In this document: in pieces, positions 1 through 9,417 of the stretch | Numbering within the stretch: position 1 is the stretch's first letter | Layout of the letters: each line of letters starts with the position of its first letter | NCBI GenBank assembly: GCA_043228905.1 | Contig: JBHGNT010000346.1 | Location: forward strand, 1 to 32,777 | Length of the DNA: 32,777 nt | Origin: Azolla caroliniana | Taxonomy: Eukaryota; Plantae; Polypodiophyta | Reading direction: 5' to 3' | Translations under genes and position numbers: made by a program | The notes under the pieces: model-generated | What the model was told of the DNA's origin: nothing | The model's input: the letters and a program-made list of their open reading frames with translations, nothing else | The model's database searches: none

Positions 1-451
1 AAGCAATGAAAAAAATTATTGCACCAGATCGTGTTGTGAACTGTGACCCTGAACTGCACATCTCATGGTAATTATTAATCTAAATGCAATGAATAAAATT
101 TGGAGCAAGTAAGGCATCCCAAAACCTTAAATCTCACATAAGTTTCTCAGTGTGCAGTGAGGAAAAGAAAAGCTGTGAAAGAAACTCAGAGCATAGACGA
201 CATTATTTTGCTTAAGAGTAGTTTTATGGTGCAATAACAAGAGATAAAAGCAATGAAGAAAATTGAGAGCAAAGAAATCATCCTTAAATCCCATGCCATA
301 AAGCGTATGTTCTTTGATCAAGAGTAACCAAAAGTGCAACAATAAGAAGGAAAGTAATGAAGTAGTTTTCTAGAGAAAGGAGCACTATTGAATCGAGAGA
401 TCCAATTATTTGCTTAATTATCACACTGATTCATCTCACATGCTTTTGCAG

Positions 452-3400
452 GATGCTATTTTGCATTGAAAGTCTGGAATGCTCAACAAGCAGGTGCTGC
501 TTGTGTCCTTGTGGCTGACGATCGAGTAGAGCCTCTCATTACAATGGACTCTCCTCAAGAAGACAAAGGTGCAGCTGAATATCTCCAGAACATCACCATT
601 CCCTCAGCCTTGATCGAAAAGACGTTGGGAGACAAGTTGAAGGCTGAGTTGGCTAAGAAAGAAACCGTCACAGTAAAGCTTGATTGGTCTGAATCTTTGC
701 CACATCCTGACGAAAAGGTTGAATATGAGTTTTGGACGAGTAGTAACGATGAATGTGGTGCAAAGTGTGATGCCCAGGTGGAGTTTGTGAAGAGTTTCAA
801 GGGCGCGGCTCAGCTTCTTGAAAAAGGTGGTTATACTTCATTCACACCTCATTACATCACGTGGTATTGCCCTGATGCGTTCATCAAGAGCAAACAATGT
901 CAGTCACAATGCATCAACCATGGAAGATATTGTGCTCCTGATCCAGAGCAGGATTTCAAAAAGGGATATGAAGGGAGAGATGTGGTTATTGAGAACTTGA
1001 GACAGCTTTGTGTGTACAAAGTTGCCAATGAATCTGGGAAACCGTGGGTGTGGTGGGACTATGTTACCGATTTCCATATAAGATGTCCGATGAAAGAGAA
1101 GAAGTACAATAAAGATTGTGCAGAGAAGGTCATACAAGCATTAGGTAGGTGCTTTTATGATCAATGGACATATTTGGATAGATTTACACCTCTATGATTT
1201 TTTTGCTTCGTTATGGAAAACCCAATTGCTATATGTATTCCATAATGCACTTAAACAACTTTCATCCACTGTTCTTCTGGTTTCAGACAATGTTTATGGT
1301 TATACTGTTTAACAGGAATCTCAGCCAATGACGTGCAGTCATGCATGGGGAATCCTGATGCTGACTCTAACAACCCCTTTTTGAAAGCGGAACAAGATGC
1401 ACAGGTTTGCAGCGTAATACTCATAAAATGAACGTGTTTTTTGTTAAACGATCTCATTGTAATCAAGTACTCTGATCAAGGTTTGGGATTAATTTTATAT
1501 TTTCTTACTCTTTCTCTCTCTCTCATATCATCTCATGCATCAAGGTCATGATCATGGGTTGCAAGGAAACGTAGAGCGCTGATTTCCGTTTTATTATGGA
1601 TAGTTTGAATTAACTCGTATATGATTTTGTTCATAGGGAAATTTTGGCCGCTTATAGATGTAAAATATCTTTCATTCATTCATTCTGGCTGTTTCAATGG
1701 TGGTTTACTGTGTTTTCGTAAAATTGAGAGAACCCTAGTATGGATTGCCATTGAGAGAGCCTTAATACGGTTACGAATCTATTTATTTATCTTTCATCAA
1801 TTGAATATTGAATATTTACTTTGCTTCCAGGTTGGCCAAGGAGCCCGAGGTGATGTCACTATTCTACCCACTCTTATCATAAATGATAGGCAATATCGAG
1901 GTGGGTCTTAGTAAGAATGAATCTCCAGAATCTTTTTCCTTATATTATCTATAGATTTCTATTGTTATATCTTTGAAATGTGTTACATATCGGCAGGAAA
2001 GCTTGACAAGGGTGCAGTGCTGAAAGCTGTTTGTGCTGGGTTTAAAGAGAGTACTGAACCACCTGTGTGCCTTAGTCCTGGTATAAATACATGCTAACCT
2101 ATCCATTGGTGCACAATAACTGCATCACTAAATATCTAACAACCTAAGTACTGTTTTTTAACCTTTATTTAGACATGGAAACGAATGAATGTTTGACACA
2201 CAATGGTGGTTGCTGGCAAAGTGAAGCAGCAAACGTAACTGCTTGCAAGGTACTAATGTGTAAACATTGACATATGGAGCCGTCATAATATGACTTTGTA
2301 TGGGGAATGCCATGGTTTTACCCTCCCCGCCCAAATAATATCATTTTGATAATCAATGTATACCCATTTACAACAGGATACGTTCAGAGGTCGTATTTGT
2401 GAATGCCCAACTGTTCAAGGGGTTCAGTTTCAGGGAGATGGTTATACTTATTGTGAAGGTTGTGACTTCTAATACTCTTCTGTTTGTTTATTTTGTTGAT
2501 ATTTGACGTATGCACGTCTTTTTCTTTTTCAGTGGATTTAAGCATATTACTTTGTGATGAATTGCTTTTTAAACATCTTCTATGTGATATAATTCTAATT
2601 TCAAGGAAGATGGTGAATGCTCACCGTTAAGGTGTGATTGTCTAATGTTTCTCTCTTGTCATGTTATCATTTTTACTTTTCTGGTGATTAAGCATTTTAT
2701 ATTGTGATGATGGGTTTTAAACATCTTGCCATATAACACTTACCTAGTAGAGGTGAGACTGAATGCATTTTCTTTGCTTTCTACAGCTGTAGGCCCTGGA
2801 CGATGCAAAATAAACAATGGAAATTGCTGGTCTGATACCAGGAATGGTCAAACGTTTTCTGCTTGTCAAGTAAGTATCTTTTGTGACTGTTTTGAGCTGT
2901 AATAGGTTTGCTACACCAAAGGAAATCACATAATTATCTCTTTGGTTTTCCAGTCATCTCATTTGAAAGGCTGTGATTGCCCTCCTGGTTTTCACGGGGA
3001 TGGCAAACTAAAATGTGAAGGTAATGCTACAACACTTCATGTTCCTCTCTGACCTATCTTTGCACCCAGCTCTCTTTTTAAGCAGTACACACTTTTTTTA
3101 TTGTTAACAATGTGCATTCTCATTTGCGATGTTCACTAGTAAAAAAATCTCTTGAACATTGAGATTTACTTACCAACTCTGCACACATTGTGAATGTTGC
3201 CAATTAGTCATAGTTTATAAATGCTATGTATGCATTGTTATTTGTGAGTTTGTGAATGAGAGGAAATCCCATCTCACCTCTCTTTTGTTACAGATATTGA
3301 TGAATGTAAAGAAAAAACGGCATGCCAGTGTCCTGATTGCAGCTGTAAAAATACTTGGGGTGGATATGAATGTTCATGCAAGGGTGGTCTCCTTTACATG

Positions 3401-4312
3401 AAAGAGCAAGATACATGCATTGGTAAGGCATTGTTTGGCCATAACATTTGGCTGTTGCAATATGTGAATTACAGAAGACTTTTGCCAATAAAAGTAATTA
3501 GAATTATATATGGATATTTCTTGCTATGCCATCTTTAAGAGTTTCCGGGTTTAGGGTTTAAGGTATAATGCTCTCATTGTTCATATGCAGGTAAGGGTGC
3601 GGGAAGGATCACCTTGATTGTAGCTGTTTTGATCTTTGCTCTCCTTGCTGGAGCATGTATTGCCGGATATATCATATACAAGTATAGGATACGGGTGAGT
3701 GTATCTATCATGTACCGTACCAAGTATAGAAGACTAACAAGAGTATCATATGCAAGAGTAGAATACTAGTGAATACATAAATATGCAATTGTTGGTATAC
3801 ATGAGTCTAAAATATGGTAATGTGTATCTTATACAAGCCCAGAATATGGGCGTGTATAAAGTCTGGAACAGGGGTGTGTGTATCATATACAAGTCTAGAA
3901 AATGTGTGAGTATATCATATACAAGTATAGAATATGGGCTGAGTATATAATATACAAGTACTGTGATACGGGTGAGAATATTATTAATTAACAGAATAGG
4001 GATGAGTATATAATGCCGAGGTGATGATATGGGTGAGTATACCATACCTAGTATAGGGTATGGGTGAGTATATCATACACTGTATATGAGTGAGTATATC
4101 ATACATACAAGCATAGCTTATGAAGTTTAGTTAACCCAAAAGATTTGAAGAAAAATATGGTGTTTATGGATTAAATTGTTGATTTTTTTTGTTCAACATT
4201 TCTTAAAATGCAGTCATATATGGACTCAGAGATACGTGCGATTATGGCTCAATACATGCCTTTGGATAGTCAAAATGATGTTCACCAACCGTTACACGAA
4301 GATATGTCATGA
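452..4312 (+). CDS. VSR: Vacuolar sorting receptor (VSR/BP-80/ELP family), 5'-partial, 11 visible exons
   Basis: Exons with GT/AG borders and consistent phase: 452-1144, 1316-1404, 1831-1900, 1997-2080, 2173-2249, 2377-2458, 2787-2869, 2954-3020, 3294-3422, 3591-3694, 4214-4312 (TGA 4310-4312); 1577 nt in total. Translation shows the PA-domain end ([16 protein letters not shown]), the VSR central region ([62 protein letters not shown]), three EGF repeats (last one Ca-binding type [20 protein letters not shown]), a TM helix ([24 protein letters not shown]) and the cytosolic tail [22 protein letters not shown] with the YMPL sorting motif. The first exon lies upstream of the window. Confidence 0.96.
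3666..4112 (+). repeat. Degenerate ~30-33 bp minisatellite derived from the VSR TM-exon end plus 5' splice site
   Basis: Exon end and donor TATATCATATACAAGTATAGGATACGG|GTGAG recur about a dozen times in degenerate form through the last intron, e.g. tatatcatatacaagtatagaatatgggctgag (3911-3943), tatataatatacaagtactgtgatacgggtgag (3944-3976), tataccatacctagtatagggtatgggtgag (4038-4068). Confidence 0.85.
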
Positions 4313-5319
4313 AGATGAATTACAAAACGCTGCATTTTGCATTTTGCACGAGTAAGTTGGAAAAGAGTTTAGATGCAAAGGGAACTTTTTTCAAGAGTTT
4401 TTCTCTGGAGAAACACATGCACACATGCACATATAAATGCTCATATGTAAAAATATTTTATAATGGAGCAAAAAGATGTGATGTGAAGTTTTGAAGGTGT
4501 TTTATGCCTCTCGATAAGGTTTGTTTCTCTGACTTGAAAATTGGATCGATGGATGGAGATTATCATTTCGGGAATCCTGTGACTACATTTGCTTGAATAT
4601 TTGCTTATGGTAGTCATGAGACAAATAAAATGAATGACAAGCTATTTGAATGCTGAATACATATATATATTTATTTCTTTTAATTGTTTTTAACAAGTGC
4701 ACTATCATTTGGATGATTTCATGTGATATTGGAACACAATCAAAACATGATTGCACAGAAGAGATACTTGCAATGGTTATGTAGAAATTAAAGCTCTTTT
4801 GGCACTCAGAAAACTGTATTAGGTAGAAACGTGTTTGAGCTTTTAATGGGCTTGTAGTGAGATATAAAGAACCCTTATTAAGGGATTTCACACCTTGGTT
4901 AACCTATTATTTCAGCCATTTTAGAGGTACTCCATGAACATGCTTGGAGGAGATTCTGAGCTGAAAATGGCTTTTTAAACACAAATCTTCAATGGCAACT
5001 TGTGAGTACTGTTTATGCCATGATAGTTGATGTGCTGATGTCAGAGTCTCCATAACATTTGGCTGGAAAACATTTTGTTGAATGTTGTTGAGGGTAGTTA
5101 ACATGCATATGGTACTTCAAAGTTTGGTAGCAGGAATCTCTTATCATTTAAAAATGTGTTGTGACTTATACTGATAAATCTGGGAGCTGAAAAGTCTGTC
5201 GATTCAATTCTGAGCTAGAACAAGAAAAGTAGTTACAAACATTTATGAGCTATATACTTAGAGGTTCACATAATTGACAATGTTGATAACAAAGATTGCA
5301 TGTGGTGATGATTTTGCCG

Positions 5320-5503
5320 AGTGTCACTATATAAAAATGATTCTTGTGTAGCAAAAGCTTGTGAGCCAGACCTAGTTAAGAGTTGCTAGATATTGAACTT
5401 CAGAAGGGTGCCTAGTGTCACTATATAAATGTTTCTTGTCTAGCAAAAGCTTGTGAGACGGACCTAGTTAAAGAGTTGCTAGATATGAAACTTCTGAAGG
5501 GTG
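5320..5503. repeat. Tandem duplication, 2 x ~94 bp
   Basis: agtgtcactatataaa...tagcaaaagcttgtgag...gacctagttaa...gagttgctagatat...gaagggtg at 5320-5410 and again at 5414-5503 with few differences. Confidence 0.92.
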
Positions 5504-5599
5504 AGACACCTGCTCAAAGGCAAGTAAATCTAGTTGGAAGTACGTGGTAAGAGTGGATGTTTTGCAAGCAATGTTTGATTGCTATGAAAACGATTTATA

Positions 5600-8200
5600 G
5601 CTTTTTTGTTCTAGTTCTTGATGAAATGGCAGGATTGGTTGAATGTCATAATCTAAATGGTCTTTTGATCTCAAGTCAAATGGTTGCAAATTGTTGAAGA
5701 GATATCAAAATAATTTGGAGATTTACTTTTGCTAGCTATAAAATTCAATTTCTAGTCTCCCTCAAGTGGAATAATGTTTGTTTCTGATTGTGCTTCTAAT
5801 AAGGAATTGAGGATGAGAGTGTCAAAAGCATGATTGGTTCATTTTGCTCCAAGTTTAGGAGCTTAGTTATAGAAATAATTTTGATTTTTATGTGACCAAC
5901 TTCGACCAAGCATTCAAGGTAGTTTTGAAAATAACCAAGAAGTAAAATTTCTAGTGTGCACAGTTAGGTGAAATTTCCCACCTAGATTTTGTAATGATGA
6001 TAATAATTCCGTAATGTCAAGGTGCAACGTGTTACACTAATCAAGAATTTTACTACTACACGAGTTAGGGTTAGGTATTTCAATTGTAGAAAATTCAATA
6101 AGGTAGCCGCAAGAGACAATGCCTGTGGAGGGACCTCTAAAGTCTCTGACGGAGTATGAAAGCAATTCTTTTGTATTGTGCTAAGAATGACTTGCACTAC
6201 TCTTTCATATTTTATGTCTTGGGTCTTTTTCGATACATTTATCCAATTGTTCTCTTAAACTTCTAGGCTTTTAAAGCTTTCACATTTCTTTCTCTTACAC
6301 ATTCCCAACCACTTCTTAATTTGAGACTTTGTTCACAATAACTAATACATCTAACACACTTTGCACTTTCTTGAAAGACTCTTTTTCCACAATTGTCTTC
6401 ACCCGCATCTCATTGTTCTCACATTTTCCTTTTGGATATCTCTATTGCTCCCTTTTCTCATTCTTGTTCAGCCCAATCCACATATGAACACATATTTGGA
6501 TAGTGTTTATTTTCATTGATAACTTGTTTACTTCATGCTTGTGTACCCAAGCATCAAGATTCAAGACACAAAATTCATCTACATATTGTTGTAAATAGTA
6601 CACATAAAGGCATAAAGGCAAGTTGGCTGAACTAGCATGAACTCTCTAATCCTTACTTGATAAATAGAACTACAATTGGTAAAGAAATTGTTTATTCACG
6701 TTGGTTAGTTGCGTTGATAAGAATTGCGGTATATCATGCAAAAGTTGGATCGTCATATTTGATGTATAGTATGTATTGCCAATGTCCTCTCTTGTGACCT
6801 ACATGTGATTATATGTCGTGCTCCTCACAATAATTCAACCACTATGTTGAAACCACTGGCTAGCTCCATGTAGGTTGCACTGCAATTCCATTGTGTGTGG
6901 TGAGTTAATTGACCACCGCCACCTATGTTCAACCCTTACATGATTGATATTCTAACATCATAACCTGTACAAAATTGTTGTATAACTCAAATTAGCAGCG
7001 TTTCTATTGTTTGAACTATGTTCCCAAACCATTATCTTTAAGGATTTGCTGAAGAGATTCTAGACATTCACTTGAGACAATGTCCTAGTGGTAAAACCAT
7101 CTATATTTCATGGTACTCACCAGTTTGTGAGGCATTCATCATATTCTTGTCATGGGTTTTTTTGAGTCTTATGGTTTTACCAAGGTTGTGCTAATAATCA
7201 TTTTTGGTGTTTTTCACGAGTGTGGAATATAACTTTTGCCATTGTTTGTCTATGCCTCATTGTTTGTCCAATGTGATAAATGTTATTCAACTATCTTCTT
7301 TGTTGTCTTGTGAGGCAAAGTCACAATATGTCCCATCTACCAATGGATTATTAGGTTAGAGCCTTGCATATGCAAACATCATTGGCATTGCAAGAACATG
7401 ATTCCTCTTCCCCCTTCCCATCTCAAACATCTTATTTTCTTGTTCCATGGTTCCATGCATATGGTCTTGCAACATTTGGTAGTGTACTCCACTCACTATA
7501 GGTACGAGATAATCATTGGGGTAGGACATGATTCATGGTCTCTTCCTTTTGTTGAGGTCCACCTATCACTTTCAACTAGAAATGCATTTCCTCGTGGTCA
7601 TTGTTGACCATCTTTCACGAGTTTACTATCATCACGAAATGGCAACCCAAATCAACCAAACCATGAAAGGTGATGGAACAATCAATATTGTCATCTACAT
7701 CTATTGATAAGCTTTATTGAAAGTGATTGGTTTCATTAATGTGGACGATAGTTTCATTCTACTGTTGGTATTTTTATCAATATGTGTTTTAGTCACGTTT
7801 GACTTATAAGTTTGTTTTATTTTGAACTAATAAAGAAGTGATGGAAAGATGTTGAGTCTTTACAAAATTGTTTTCGGGTTTGTTGATAATGAAAATAGGA
7901 ACAAATGATTCAATTATTGACCACTTTTATTGAGTTTTTTTCACCTCTTCATTGTTTGCTTACAAAAGTTAGGATTAGTATAGAGAAAGGTCAACTATTT
8001 ACCATATTTATTGCTTTTATCTTGGGTTATCTTTGATGTTGTACAAATTCAATGGAAGATTATTTAAGCATTGATTATATTCATCAAATTATCTTGGTTT
8101 TTTAGGTCAATAAAAAACAATGGTCCATAGTGTTCTTAGTTGTGTTCATTGCGTTAGTGTCTCAATAAAGGAAAGCTCAGCACTGGGCACCTTGATCAAA
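5600..8200 (-). mobile_element. Possible highly decayed L1-type LINE 5' portion (ORF1 zinc knuckle, start of endonuclease)
   Basis: On the minus strand near 7310-7372 fragments read YARL..PN...MGHIV across frameshifts and stops, resembling the Y..LPN.C..C...GH....CP knuckle of plant L1 ORF1. A purine-rich K/E stretch follows (6250-6500), then IM..FNQ near 5632-5655, resembling the APE GDFN motif. Full of stops; boundaries are guesses. Confidence 0.35.
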
Positions 8201-8341
8201 TTGTTTCGGTTTTGCGGTGGTTGTACAAGAAGTTCGCATCCTTAGAGGCACAATAGGTAGGAAACAGAGATCGGCACCTATGTGCTTTTTGCTATGTAGG
8301 AAGTTGTGGCCGGAATGTCACCATACCATGGAGGGGGCTTT

Positions 8342-8729
8342 GTGTGAATCCATAAAAGAACAAACTTAAAATGGGAGAGGCATTTGCATATCCATGATGC
8401 CCATCAGTGTGGGCTTACATGGCAACATGGTAGCGATGATGTGGCACAAGCCCCGATGACATGGCTGAGGACTTGGCAGTGGCGTGGCGCGGGCCCCCCA
8501 CGGAGGAGAAGTTCACGTGGCAAGTCGTTGGTGTGAATCCATAAGGACAAACTAAAATGGAGAGGCTTTGCATATCCATGATGCCCATTACTGTGGGATT
8601 ACATGGCACCATGGTAGTGATGATGTGGCACGGCCCCCCTCCACCCGGACGATGTGGCCAATGATACGGCGATGACTTGGCGGTGACGTGGCGCGGGTCC
8701 CTACGGAGGGGAAGTCCACCTGGCAAGTC
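8342..8729. repeat. GC-rich tandem duplication, 2 x ~189-199 bp, upstream of the PUB gene
   Basis: gtgtgaatccataa...tttgcatatccatgatgcccat...tacatggca.catggtag.gatgatgtggcac...gtggcgcggg.ccc.acggagg.gaagt.cac.tggcaagtc at 8342-8526 and 8531-8729. Confidence 0.93.
8514..8692 (+). promoter_or_regulatory. G-box/ABRE-type motifs in the putative PUB promoter
   Basis: CACGTGGC at 8514-8521 and TGACGTGGC at 8684-8692, plus GCGTGGC and GATGTGGC variants, 0.7-0.9 kb upstream of the PUB ATG. Function is inferred from the motif only. Confidence 0.45.
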
Positions 8730-9417
8730 ATGCCTTGTTGGCATGACGAGCGATGAATCGGAAGAGACGACGAAGAAAAGAGTTAAGGAAAGGACTGCTG
8801 CTTCTGCTGAAACTTCATCTAATCCTGCAACAGAGCAAAAGATGCAAGACGCACAGAGCTCAAGATGACCATTTTCCTGATCTGATCGGTTGTCTTTGGA
8901 CAGGTCAGGGCCTTGTTTCTAATTCTCTGCTTCTCTTTAACATCCGGTTCCGGGGGGCATCGTCTCTGTCAGATTTGGATATGTATGCATCCGAGTTTGG
9001 ATCCCCTGTCAGATTCGTATAAATATGGTTTTTGGACTTCTGCGACTTCATGGATTGTTTTGTGCGATGCGCGGTTTTATATGAATAGGGGTTTGAACCT
9101 ATGGAAAATTAGGATTTGAAGTCTCATTGAAATTAAGAATTTGGTCCCCTCTGTGTTTCGTTTTGTATGAATAGGGATTTTCTTCCTCTTTTAGATTAGG
9201 GTTTGTGTGGAATGGTGAAGATTAGGTTTGTATAGATAGGGGCACGCCTCTTGAACAAGGTTTGTGTGGATAGAGTTTTGAGGGTTCGTATGAATCAGAT
9301 CTTTTTTATAGGGTTCTGGAGGTTGGGGTTTTCATGGATAGGTTTTTGTGAGGTTAGGGTTTCACGAGATCAGGGTTTGTATGGAATACTAAAGCTTATT
9401 CAAAGGAATCCTTCAGT

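Noticed and set aside
2531-2736. Imperfect ~55-bp direct repeat in a VSR intron (also 12917-13010, 15850-16166, 29561-29617)
   Set aside because: Real but short or diverged local duplications with nothing to suggest function.
3746-4045. 99-aa Y/I/L-rich minus-strand ORF
   Set aside because: It is simply the antisense translation of the minisatellite.
3666-4112. CRISPR-like array suggested by ~30-bp periodicity
   Set aside because: Units are contiguous and degenerate with no unique spacers, lie in a spliceosomal intron, and no cas genes are present.
6860-6930. Minus-strand THNGIA resembling a copia integrase motif
   Set aside because: Isolated short match with no other integrase motifs, LTRs, PBS or PPT.
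8415-8744. 109-aa minus-strand ORF with internal repeat (PRH.TAKSS)
   Set aside because: Explained by the GC-rich 189-bp duplication; no recognisable domain.
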